Assembly (NCBI GenBank): GCA_945861565.1
Contig: CAMAUY010000007.1
Location: forward strand, 3,116-67,115
Source of the DNA: Akkermansia muciniphila
GTDB taxonomy: Bacteria; Verrucomicrobiota; Verrucomicrobiia; Limisphaerales; UBA9464
DNA length: 64,000 bases
Direction: 5' to 3'
Shown: positions 46,447 to 55,508 of the stretch, piece after piece
Numbering within the stretch: the first letter of the stretch is position 1
Layout: the number at the start of each line of letters is the position of its first letter
The notes under the pieces: model-generated
The model's input: only the letters and a program-made list of their open reading frames with translations
Database searches by the model: none
Told to the model about the DNA's origin: nothing
Translations under genes and position numbers: made by a program

Positions 46447-46630
46447 ATCAATCGTTCATGGGTAACGCACCCGATAGGTTTGCGCCGCGAGAAGACCCAC
46501 TGGGGGCGTCCTCGGCGTTATCTCTCGGCCATGAACAGACTCCCTTTCGCAATTCGAGGACGAAGGACGAGCACGATTTGAAGGACCCCTTTGCGGCGCT
46601 TTCGTCCTCGTCCTCATCCCCGTGCGCAGA
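46447..46630. repeat. family-E repeat copy
   Basis: ggccatgaacagactccctttcgcaattcgaggacgaaggacgagcacgatttgaaggacccctttgcggcgctttcgtcctcgtcctcatcc matches the reverse complement of 14930-15100. Confidence 0.75.
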
Positions 46631-46726
46631 TCATCGCCGCGATGGCTGGATGTTGGTCACCATCTCCGGCTTTGACCTCAAGGGCAAATTGCGAGAGGGT
46701 TCTTTCCGTCATCGAATCCTCAGCCA

Positions 46727-47590
46727 ATGAAGATTGAATGTTTTTCTGCCGATACCAGTTCGACCGGGCGGGCGGGCGCGCTCACGGTCGGATTCACCTT
46801 GATCGAACTTCTTGTGGTGATCGCCATCATCGCAATTCTCGCTGGGATGCTGTTGCCCGCGCTCAGTAAGTCCAAGACCAAAGCGCAAGGCATCAAGTGC
46901 ATGAGCAATTTGAAGCAACTGCAACTCGCTCACCTTTTGTATCCCGATGATAACAATGACCGAATAACCGCGCCGGGAAATAGTCGGGACGAGCCCTACC
47001 AGTGGGTCGGAGGCTGGCTTGGCTGGCCGGGTCCATTTCCGAACGACAACACCAATACGCTGATGATAAGCGATCCGAAGAATTCCAAGTTCGCACCCTA
47101 TTTACAAACCGTTCAAGTGTATATGTGCCCGGCGGATTACAGCCGAATCACGCTGGGAGGAAAGAAATACCAGCGAGTTCGAAGCATGGGCATGAGCCAG
47201 GCAATGGGTGGGCCGGGCGGATGGCTGCCTCCTGTCGGGACCAAGAAAAAGTACAAAAGTTTCTACAAGACCGCCGATTTTGCGACGGCAGGGGCCGCCG
47301 GATTGTACGTAATGCTGGACGAGCATCCGGATAGCATCAACGCCGGTGGGTACGCTAACACGATGGTGGAAAATCCGGCCCAAGCACGGATTGTTGATTA
47401 TCCCGCCAGTTATCATAATGGCGCTTGCGGAATTTCTTTCGCAGACGGGCACGCAGAAATCCGGAAATGGGTCGATCCTCGAACGCGACCGCCGGTGAAA
47501 TACTACGAAATGCCTCTCAATGTCGAATCACGCAACAACCAGGACATGATCTGGCTGTCGGATCGAACAACGGTCGCAACCTCTAATTAA
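46727..47590 (+). CDS. prepilin-type N-terminal cleavage/methylation domain protein (pseudopilin-like)
   Basis: [44 protein letters not shown], and a C-terminal [13 protein letters not shown] motif. Confidence 0.8.
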   Translation: MKIECFSADTSSTGRAGALTVGFTLIELLVVIAIIAILAGMLLPALSKSKTKAQGIKCMSNLKQLQLAHLLYPDDNNDRITAPGNSRDEPYQWVGGWLGWPGPFPNDNTNTLMISDPKNSKFAPYLQTVQVYMCPADYSRITLGGKKYQRVRSMGMSQAMGGPGGWLPPVGTKKKYKSFYKTADFATAGAAGLYVMLDEHPDSINAGGYANTMVENPAQARIVDYPASYHNGACGISFADGHAEIRKWVDPRTRPPVKYYEMPLNVESRNNQDMIWLSDRTTVATSN

Positions 47591-47857
47591 CATCGGTTAC
47601 GGAGGACCGACCTACGGCGGCGGCGTTACCTTGGCGGGCGGTTTTAATGACAGTGACCGGGGAGAATTGACGAACTCGAAGACTTTCTCGGCTTTGCGGA
47701 CGGGCAGGGGCACGGGCGCGGGCTTGACCCTATCGGAAAGTGCATTGACTGTCCAAATCAGAGAGTGAATGGTTCTAAAAAATCCTCTGTTCGTTAAAGA
47801 TTGAACCTTCCCAACCGCGGAAGGTTGGTGCAATTACTTATCAACAATAAACAGCTT

Positions 47858-49822
47858 ATGCCCGATCAGTCCACCATCCCCGAATTGCTCAGTCACATTG
47901 ACATTTTTTCTGGCTGGGAAGCGAAGGACCTGAAGGCGGTCGCAAACATCGCCGAAGTACAGAGCTACAAGGCCGGAAAAATCGTCTTCCGCCAGGGCGA
48001 CCCCAGCGAGAACTTCTGGGTGGTCGTGTCGGGCGTGTTCCAGGCGTATATTTGGGACGAACTCTTCAAGATCGAACGTCCGTTGACGACGCTGAAACCC
48101 GGTGGCGTCTTCGGCGAAATGGGTGTTCTGACCGACGAGAAACGCTCGGCGTTCGTGCGCGCAGATCAGGACGGGGAGGTGTTGCGCTTCAGCAAAGCGG
48201 CCTTCTTCCAGATGGTGGAAAAACATCCGGGAATCGGGTTGAGCTTGGCCCGCACGCTAGCGCATCGACTCAACGCAGCGGGCAAGGCAGGCGGGCTGAA
48301 GTTGGAACATCTGGCGGGCTACAAATTGACCAAAGAAATCATCCAGTTGCTGCCGCTCCCGGTCATCCTTCGTCACCGCGTTTTGCCAGTCGCTCAGGTG
48401 GATCGCCAGATTACCGTGGCTGTGGTCGATCCCACGGACTCGGTCGCCCGAAACACGGTCACGGAATTTCTCGGGAAGTTCCAGGTGAACTGGATCTGCA
48501 TTTTGCAGCCCGACTTTGAAAAGTTCCGCGACCAGCGACTCTTCGACCTGGTCGCGCCTTCGGGAAAAACCGAAGTCGTCCGTTCTGCGGAAATCACTTA
48601 TCTGGCCGTCAACACCACCCCTAGCGCTGAGGCGAACTCGGAGGCGGCAAGGACATTGGATCGGATGCTGCTCGCGGCGATTGATTCCGGGGCGAGCGAC
48701 CTTCACTTTGAGCCCGGCCGCGGCGGCGTCGCCGTGCGGGGCCGCATCGATGGACATCTGATCGAAGTAGCGCCAGCCATCTCGCTGAACGCCTACCGTC
48801 CGATCGTCTCGCGAATTAAAGTCCTCTCGGATCTCGACATCACCGAGACCCGCATGCCTCAAGAGTCGGTGCTGCGCGTGCGTTATGGCGACCGCAATAT
48901 CGATCTGCGCATTTCGGCAGTCCCCACCCCCAACGGAGAGTCGATCGCATTCCGTCTTTTCGATCCGGTGCAACGAAGATTGGACCTGAATCAACTGCTC
49001 GTTTCCGAGCCCATCGCGGAAATGGTGCGTGGGCTCTTTTTTCTCCCGATGGGCCTGGTCCTGGTCACGGGCCCAACCGGGTCAGGGAAAACCACCACTC
49101 TTTACTCCGGCATTCAAGCGCGCCAGAATCACAGTCCGACCAATAAAGTTGTCACGGCCGAAGATCCCATCGAGTACGAATTGTCGGGGACGACACAGGT
49201 GCAGATCCAACCCGAAATCGGCCTCACCTATGAGAAAGTGTTACACAGCCTGCTACGCCAGGATCCCAACATCATTCTCATCGGCGAGCTCCGTGACGAG
49301 TCCTCGATGGCGATTGCGGTGGAAGCGGCGCTGACAGGACACTTGGTTCTTTCCACCCTCCACACCAACAGTGCCTTCGAATCGGTCATGCGGATTCGGC
49401 TGCGGGGCATCGAACCGTACGCCATTGCCGCCGCGATCCGCGGAGTCATCAGCCAGCGGCTCGTATCTCGCCTGTGTAGTGCGTGCGCGGAGGAGAGCTC
49501 GGCGGACTCCGTGCTCCTGGCAAAGTTGCGCGCCGGCGGTCTAATTGGGGCGGATGAGTCGCCCAAAGTATGGAAAGCGTCCGGTTGTACTCATTGTCGA
49601 ATGACGGGAAGAAGAGGGCGAGTCGGTCTCTACGAAGTTTTGCACATTACCGATCCATTGCGTGACGCCATCGAACGGCAAGCGACTTTGAAGGAAATGC
49701 AAGAAGCGGCGCCCCCTTCCAGTTTCATCTCGATGAAACGCTACGCCCGAATTGTGATGGAAAAAGGATTGGCCGCCCCGGAAGACTTGACCGCCCTTTT
49801 CCCCGCCGCGCCCACCGCTTAG
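47858..49822 (+). CDS. cyclic-nucleotide-binding domain fused to GspE/PilB-family secretion ATPase
   Basis: ATG 47858. cNMP-binding fold (IFSGWEAKDLKAVANIAEVQSYKAGKIVFRQGDPSENFWVVVSG...GGVFGEMGVLTDEKRSAFVRA). T2SSE N-domain (LPLPVILRHRVLPVAQVDRQITVAVVDP). Walker A GPTGSGKTTTL, Asp box VVTAEDPIEY, Walker B NIILIGELRD, His box GHLVLSTLHTN, tetra-Cys CSAC...GCTHC. Confidence 0.85.
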   Translation: MPDQSTIPELLSHIDIFSGWEAKDLKAVANIAEVQSYKAGKIVFRQGDPSENFWVVVSGVFQAYIWDELFKIERPLTTLKPGGVFGEMGVLTDEKRSAFVRADQDGEVLRFSKAAFFQMVEKHPGIGLSLARTLAHRLNAAGKAGGLKLEHLAGYKLTKEIIQLLPLPVILRHRVLPVAQVDRQITVAVVDPTDSVARNTVTEFLGKFQVNWICILQPDFEKFRDQRLFDLVAPSGKTEVVRSAEITYLAVNTTPSAEANSEAARTLDRMLLAAIDSGASDLHFEPGRGGVAVRGRIDGHLIEVAPAISLNAYRPIVSRIKVLSDLDITETRMPQESVLRVRYGDRNIDLRISAVPTPNGESIAFRLFDPVQRRLDLNQLLVSEPIAEMVRGLFFLPMGLVLVTGPTGSGKTTTLYSGIQARQNHSPTNKVVTAEDPIEYELSGTTQVQIQPEIGLTYEKVLHSLLRQDPNIILIGELRDESSMAIAVEAALTGHLVLSTLHTNSAFESVMRIRLRGIEPYAIAAAIRGVISQRLVSRLCSACAEESSADSVLLAKLRAGGLIGADESPKVWKASGCTHCRMTGRRGRVGLYEVLHITDPLRDAIERQATLKEMQEAAPPSSFISMKRYARIVMEKGLAAPEDLTALFPAAPTA

Positions 49823-50067
49823 AGTGCCAGTTAACCCAGCGTGCCCAGGCCCGCGGGAATACTTTTGCTGTTCATCTTCCGTATGAACGGCGTCGCTCGT
49901 GAGCCTGTACTTATTGGCTAACCACTCGGCGCTAGAGCAATCGCTTGAAGGTCGGGTCGAGCGGTGAAACGCTCTGCGCTCCATGTGGATGCTTCCGCTA
50001 CGCTTTGGGGACGCGCAGCAGGCCGATAGCGATAAGCGCTTGATGACTGATATGAAGACCATGCACG

Positions 50068-50770
50068 TTGGGTGTGCCGGTGGACACCGTCTTCCAGACG
50101 CTGCAAACCTATCTGAGCGGTCTGTACGTGAACGACTTCGTCCGCTTTGGCCGCGTCTACAAAGTCTTCCTCCAGGCCGAGCCGGAATTCACGAGCCAAC
50201 CCTCCGACATCGGCAAGTTCTATGTGCGCAACAACGATGGCGGCATGGTGCCTCTGAACACGCTCGTCAAGATTACCAAGATCAGCGGACCGAACTTCGT
50301 CTCCCGCTTCAATCTCTACAACGCGGCCGAGATTATAGGCGCATCAGCACCCGGCTACAGTTCCGGGCAGGCCATCAAGGCCATCGAAGAGGTCATGGCG
50401 GAATTACGGCAAAGCGCGCCGGAGATCGGTTACGAATGGTCTGGTTTGACGCTTCAGGAAAAAAATCCGAGGGCCAGGCACCGGTCATCTTCGGCATGGC
50501 GGTCCTCTTCGTCTTCTTGCTGCTGGCGGCGCAGTATGAGAGCTGGGGTCTGCCCTTCGCGGTGCTGCTGGCCACGCCGACCGTCATCCTGGGGATGATG
50601 ATTGGCCTCTTCGTGCGCGGTTTCGACATGAACGTTTATGCGCAGATCGGTCTCGTCATGCTCATCGGATTGGCGGCCAAGAACGCAATTCTCATCGTCG
50701 AGTTCGCCAAGATGAAACGCGAGAAAGGAGTCGAGATTCTCGAGGCGGCCGTGCAGGGATCCAAGCTGCG
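50068..50770 (+). pseudogene. RND (AcrB/MexB-type) efflux pump remnant: C-terminal ~230 codons only, with a frameshift
   Basis: LGVPVDTVFQTLQTYLSGLYVNDF...YEWSGLTLQEK, then after a -1 shift in an A7 run (50459-50465) KSEGQAPVIFGMAVLFVFLLLAAQYESW...GLAAKNAILIVEFA...GSKLR. The first ~720 codons are absent and the last ~60 codons are missing. Confidence 0.75.
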
Positions 50771-51490
50771 GTGGACATCCAGCGGCAGCGCGATCAGCAG
50801 GAGAACGCGCTCTGCATCTTGCTGGGTCGCAATCCCGGATCGATTCAACGCGGAGAGGGATTTGCGGCTCAGCAGGTCCGCGCGGAAGTTCCGGCCGGCC
50901 TGCCCTCGTCGCTGTTGGAGCGTCGCCCCGACCTCCAGTTCGCCGAGCAGGAGTTGGTCGCCGCGAACGCGAACATAGGACAGGCTAAGGCGGCTTTCTA
51001 TCCGCAGCTCACCTTGACTGGCTTTTACGGCTTCCAGAGCGTGGCGTTCTCGGACCTGTTTACCTCCGCATCCCGGTCTTGGCAGTTCGGCCCTGCCGTG
51101 ACCCTACCGCTGTTCACGGGCGGTCGCTTGCGAGCCAATTTGAAAATCACCAAAGCCCAATACGAGGAGGCGCTGGCCGGTTACCAAAAGACCGTGCAGA
51201 ATGCTTTTCGCGAAGTGTCCGACGGGCTTATCGCCTACCAGCGGACGCGTGAATTTACGGTCCGGCAGGAACAGCGCACGCAGGCCAACCGTGAGGCCGC
51301 CGACTTGGCTTACGTGCGTTATGACGGAGGGGTGACCAGCTACTTGGAAGTCCTTTACAACGAGCAGGAATTGTTCACCGCCGAGCTCAACTTGGCTCAG
51401 GCCCGGCTCAATGAATTGCTCTCCGTGGTTCAGCTCTACCGCGCCGTGGGTGGCGGCTGGCAGACGGGAAACCCGCTGGTGCAGAAATGA
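50771..51490 (+). pseudogene. outer-membrane efflux factor (NodT/OprM family) remnant: C-terminal half, fused to the RND remnant by deletion
   Basis: LLERRPDLQFAEQELVAANANIGQAKAAFYPQLTLTGFYG ... LNELLSVVQLYRAVGGGWQ. It reads directly out of the truncated RND frame at ~50769-50771, with no N-terminal half or lipobox. Confidence 0.75.
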
Positions 51491-51600
51491 GAGCGGGTGG
51501 CTTGACCTGCCCGGCGGGTCAAAAAAACTCACGCGGCCTTTCGTGAATATAATTTTGGTCAGAACTTTACCCCATTCGCGTCAAGGGTAAGTGGGGATAT

Positions 51601-52182
51601 ATGAATCGAATGTCGGAGGTGGTAATCCCACCGAAAGTCGAAACGGCCGAAGACTTTGAGGACGGTCGTGCGGTGGTCGGGATTATCGAGAACGGCGAAT
51701 GTCGCCTCGGGACCATCGACACAAATGGCACCGGGCGAATTCCTCCACGATTTCAAAGTCTTACCTCGGCGGCCGAAGGTATGTCGGCGGCTCGCCGTGA
51801 CGACAAATGGGGCTACCTCGACGATCAGGGACACGAAATCATTCCATTCCAATTCGAGGAGGCTGGACCGTTTTCGGAAGGCCGTGCTGCGGTGAAGCTG
51901 GGAGGGTGGGTTGGCTTCATCGATAAAAAGGGAACGATGATCGTCCGTCCGCAATTCACGTGCAGTGTCAGCCATTCGCGGTTCGTGGGTGGCATGGCTC
52001 CGGTGTTTGGGGCGGATGAAAAGACCGGCTATATCGATAGGCAAGGGAATTGGAAGATTCCGCCAAAGTACGGCGGGATCAATTTATTTCGGAACGGGCT
52101 GGCGAGGATGGAATTGGGGTCCGCCTTCTCGTCGCGCCTTGTCTATATTAATCCTAAAGGAGAAACAGTCTGGAAAGAGTAA
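51601..52182 (+). CDS. WG-repeat (KWG) protein, no obvious signal peptide
   Basis: Repeats of the type DKWGYLDDQGHEIIPFQFEEAGPFSEGRA / GWVGFIDKKGTMIVRPQF / KTGYIDRQGNWKIPPKY. Confidence 0.65.
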   Translation: MNRMSEVVIPPKVETAEDFEDGRAVVGIIENGECRLGTIDTNGTGRIPPRFQSLTSAAEGMSAARRDDKWGYLDDQGHEIIPFQFEEAGPFSEGRAAVKLGGWVGFIDKKGTMIVRPQFTCSVSHSRFVGGMAPVFGADEKTGYIDRQGNWKIPPKYGGINLFRNGLARMELGSAFSSRLVYINPKGETVWKE

Positions 52183-52297
52183 GTCATCGTGAAGATGGCA
52201 CGTTTCGTTACCGCCCGTGTTCTACTGGACCCGTTTGCTATATGCCCCACGGGCTGGTCCGTGAAGCGCGACTCAAGCTTCCCAACACTCAAGCCAA

Positions 52298-53242
52298 TCA
52301 GAGCTTCGTTGCCTGGGCTGCTACGGCGGATAACCGAACTGGGTTAGGCGAAGTGAGCCGCACCGTCGGAGTCCCATCCAATCGTTTTGATAAATCAATG
52401 GGATCGTCCACGGACACTTCGTCCGGGTTCACCTGATAGGCCCAGACTTGAAAGTAAACCAGCTTGGCTTCGCCGTAGACCGTTGCAAAAGCACCATCCA
52501 CCGCATCCATGCCGTGAGCGACTTTGACACGCCCGATGCGCGCGACATTATAGCGCGCGTCAAATGTGAGCCACTCCTGCCCGAGATACACCTCCAAGTA
52601 GGCGTGAAAATCCATGGGTGATCCCGGATCGATGCAACCGATGTCTGGAAGGTGTCCGGTTACATATCGAGCCGGAAGATTGAAGGTGCGGCAAAGGGCA
52701 ATGGCCACGTGGGCAAAGTCACGGCAGACACCATGGCGACGTTCAATCACTTCCGAGGCGGAGAGATCGGATCGCCCGGATCCGAAGCGATATTCGATGT
52801 TGTTGTGAACCCAATCGCAGATGGCCTGCACGCGCAGGAGACCGTGGGGAATTTGCCCAAATTGATTCCAGGCGAAATTCATCAGCTTGTCCGAATCGCA
52901 ATAGCGACTCGGCAACGTATAACGCAGAACCTCGAAGGGAAGTTGTCCCACTGGGAGAAGGTTGCCCCGGATCTCCCGACTGTCGGCCCGGGAGGAAACC
53001 GCGACCAGGGCATCGTGACGAATCTCATTCCGTCCAGCCGAGAATATCGAACGGTACGTAATATTGCCGTGAGAATCCTGAAACTCATAGGACGGAAGAC
53101 CGATGCCGAAGGAAAGTTTTTCCTGCATCACGAAAACGCTCCCTTCGAGTCGGGGTTTCAACATGAACAGCACCAATGTTGGCACGGTGGTTTCGTAGGC
53201 GAGGCTGCAGCCGACACGGACGGTGAGATTCAACGGAGTCAT
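52298..53242 (-). CDS. transglutaminase-like cysteine protease family protein (Bact_transglu_N + core)
   Basis: N-terminal domain LTVRVGCSLAYETTVPT. Core catalytic Cys region RHGVCRDFAHVAIALCRTFNLPARYVTGHL, followed by DFHAYLEVYL. Confidence 0.8.
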   Translation of the reverse strand: MTPLNLTVRVGCSLAYETTVPTLVLFMLKPRLEGSVFVMQEKLSFGIGLPSYEFQDSHGNITYRSIFSAGRNEIRHDALVAVSSRADSREIRGNLLPVGQLPFEVLRYTLPSRYCDSDKLMNFAWNQFGQIPHGLLRVQAICDWVHNNIEYRFGSGRSDLSASEVIERRHGVCRDFAHVAIALCRTFNLPARYVTGHLPDIGCIDPGSPMDFHAYLEVYLGQEWLTFDARYNVARIGRVKVAHGMDAVDGAFATVYGEAKLVYFQVWAYQVNPDEVSVDDPIDLSKRLDGTPTVRLTSPNPVRLSAVAAQATKL

Positions 53243-53275
53243 GGAAAGTCGTGCGCTCTGGTTTTCACTTCTCTT

Positions 53276-53869
53276 TTAGCTGGCCGAGCCCGTTTGCTTC
53301 CAACTCCGCCAGTCCTCCAAGGTGTCGATGTCGGTCAGAGTTCTTAGCTCCGCCACGCGCAGTTGGAGGTGACGGGCTTTTTCCCGGGTGCGGTTGAGGA
53401 GAATCTCACTGCTCCAGGGCATTCCGTGAAACAAATCGGGCTGTGGATTCCGCAATCCTATCAGCCAGTATCCGCCATCCGTGGCGGGTCCAAGAACAAG
53501 GTCTGCTCGCTCCAGGGCGTCGAAGGCGTCCGCGATATCGGTGAGGGTAATCTCGGGACAATCCGCCCCGATGATTACGACTTTCCTCGCCCCCGCCGCG
53601 CAGTGTTGCGCAATAGCCCGTTCGAGCCGTCGCCCGAGATCTCCATCGCCCTGCGGTGCTGCAAGCCACTCCATATTGAGCCAGTGGGAAATCTCCGGCT
53701 CGGCATCGTCGGGAGTAAACCGTAGTTCCAAGTCTTGGACATCCCGAATTTCCACCAGCAAATGGCCGACGATTTCTCGATACGCGGCAACCGCGCCCGC
53801 ATTCCCCAGATCCCGGGCAAGTCGGGTTTTGACCAGACCGGAGCGGGGCGCCTTAAGGAAGACGACCAA
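53276..53869 (-). CDS. DUF2064/TIGR04282-like glycosyltransferase-fold protein
   Basis: VVFLKAPRSGLVKTRL ... VVIIGADCPEITLTDI ... DLVLGPATDGGYWLIGL. Confidence 0.6.
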   Translation of the reverse strand: MVVFLKAPRSGLVKTRLARDLGNAGAVAAYREIVGHLLVEIRDVQDLELRFTPDDAEPEISHWLNMEWLAAPQGDGDLGRRLERAIAQHCAAGARKVVIIGADCPEITLTDIADAFDALERADLVLGPATDGGYWLIGLRNPQPDLFHGMPWSSEILLNRTREKARHLQLRVAELRTLTDIDTLEDWRSWKQTGSAS

Positions 53870-53938
53870 CCGTTCCTGTCCAATGGACGGAGCGGCTGGA
53901 CGTATCGGGGGTTTGATGGGAAGGGGTGGCGCTGCGGC

Positions 53939-55414
53939 TCACGCCAGCAGCTTCTTAACGACTTCCCCGGAAACGTCCGTGAGCCGGAAGTCTCGGCCTT
54001 GGAATCGGAAGGTCAGCTTTTCGTGGTCGATACCGAGGCAATGCAGGACGGTAGCCTGGAAATCGGTCACGGTCACCGGATCCTCCACCGCGTTGTAGCC
54101 GAGTTCGTCGGTTGCGCCGAGAGTAATGCCCGGCTTGATTCCCCCGCCGGCCATCCAGGTGGTGAACGATTTCATATGGTGGTCACGGCCGTAGTTACCG
54201 TTTGCCATCTCTCCCTGGTTCATCGGCGTACGTCCGAATTCACCGCCCCAGATCACGAGCGTGTCATCGAGCAGTCCACGTTGTTTCAGGTCGCGAATGA
54301 GAGCGGCGGACGGGCGATCGACATTTTGACAGGTCTTCGCAATTTCGGTGGGCAGATTTCCGTGGTGATCCCAGCCGCGATGATAGATCTGCACGAAGCG
54401 GACGCCCCGTTCGACGAGCCGGCGGGCGAGCAGACAGTTATTGGCGAATGACGATTTGCCCGGTTCCGCCCCGTACAGTTCGAGGACGTCTTTGGATTCC
54501 TTCTTCAGATCCATCAACTCCGGCACACTGGTCTGCATCCGGTAGGCCAACTCATAGGATTGAATGCGTGTGTTGATTTCGGGATCACCCACGGCTTCGA
54601 AGTTCAACTGATTCAGATCGCGCACACCGTCCAGGAGGCGACGTCGGACCTTGTCGTTGATGCCCTTCGGATTCGACACGAAAAGAATCGGCTCGCCCTG
54701 GGAACGAAACTCAACGCCCTGATGGTTGCTTGGCAGAAATCCGCTGCCCCAATAGCGCGAAAGCAATGGCTGGTCCTGCCCGAAGCCTGAAGTCAGCACC
54801 ACAAACGCTGGCAATTGGTCATTCTCGCTCCCCAGACCATAGGAAAGCCACGAGCCGATGGCCGGGCGCCCGGCTTGAGTGGTGCCTGTTTGCATCATCG
54901 TGACACCGGGATCATGATTGATCGCTTCGGTGTGGAGGGAGCGAATGAGTGCGATTTCGTCGGCCACGCCCGCAATGTGGGGAAGCAGTTCCGAAATCTC
55001 CGCGCCTGATTTGCCGTACCGGGCAAACTTAAATTTCGTGCCAACACAGGTGAGCTTGAGGCCGGCAAGTTGGGCGATGCGCTGGCCCTTGGTGTAGCTC
55101 TCCGGCATCGGCTTGCCGTTCAGTTCGATCAGCTTCGGCTTGTAGTCATAGAGATCCAACTGCGACGGCGCGCCGGACTGGAAGAGGTAGATTACCCGCT
55201 TGGCTCGGGGGGCGAACTGCAACGAATGGATGGCTGCACCCGATGGAAGCCCGGCGGCGGTGCCCGTTGGTACCGCCTGCTTGCTGGCTGCAAACAGATT
55301 TTGATTCATTAATGACGCCAGCGCGACCGTACCGAGTCCGCGAGTGGTTCGGCCAAAGAAGTGGCGGCGTGTCATTGCCTGGAGATGCGCTCGGTAGAGA
55401 TCGTCGTTGTGCAT
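53939..55414 (-). CDS. DUF1501 domain protein (Tat signal)
   Basis: MTRRHFFGRTTRGLGTVALASLM, GAPSQLDLYDYKP, GGEFGRTP...GRDHH. Confidence 0.85.
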   Translation of the reverse strand: MHNDDLYRAHLQAMTRRHFFGRTTRGLGTVALASLMNQNLFAASKQAVPTGTAAGLPSGAAIHSLQFAPRAKRVIYLFQSGAPSQLDLYDYKPKLIELNGKPMPESYTKGQRIAQLAGLKLTCVGTKFKFARYGKSGAEISELLPHIAGVADEIALIRSLHTEAINHDPGVTMMQTGTTQAGRPAIGSWLSYGLGSENDQLPAFVVLTSGFGQDQPLLSRYWGSGFLPSNHQGVEFRSQGEPILFVSNPKGINDKVRRRLLDGVRDLNQLNFEAVGDPEINTRIQSYELAYRMQTSVPELMDLKKESKDVLELYGAEPGKSSFANNCLLARRLVERGVRFVQIYHRGWDHHGNLPTEIAKTCQNVDRPSAALIRDLKQRGLLDDTLVIWGGEFGRTPMNQGEMANGNYGRDHHMKSFTTWMAGGGIKPGITLGATDELGYNAVEDPVTVTDFQATVLHCLGIDHEKLTFRFQGRDFRLTDVSGEVVKKLLA

Positions 55415-55439
55415 AGCGTTGGAGGAGGGGGGGAGGGGG

Positions 55440-55481
55440 CAGTATTCAGTGATCAGTATTCAGTGATCAGTATTCAGTGAT
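55440..55481. repeat. 14-bp tandem repeat x3 (plus a degenerate fourth unit) in the spacer between the PSCyt/DUF1553 and DUF1501 genes
   Basis: cagtattcagtgat occurs three times in tandem, followed by cagtgggcagtgggtgat. It is preceded by a G-rich run ggaggagggggggaggggg. Confidence 0.9.
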
Positions 55482-55508
55482 CAGTGGGCAGTGGGTGATG
55501 GGGAGTAA

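Noticed and set aside
47612-47833. 73-aa minus-strand ORF upstream of the cNMP-GspE gene.
   Set aside because: It has no start context or motifs, and it lies in the probable promoter/leader region of the ATPase gene.
49823-50067. Unassigned 245 bp between the ATPase gene and the RND remnant, examined for further RND or membrane-fusion-protein fragments in all frames.
   Set aside because: I found no recognisable residual coding signal by eye. It is left unannotated.
55440-55499. The 14-bp tandem repeat, considered as a mini-CRISPR or other array.
   Set aside because: The units are contiguous with no spacers, there are only three to four copies, and there are no cas genes. It is a simple satellite.
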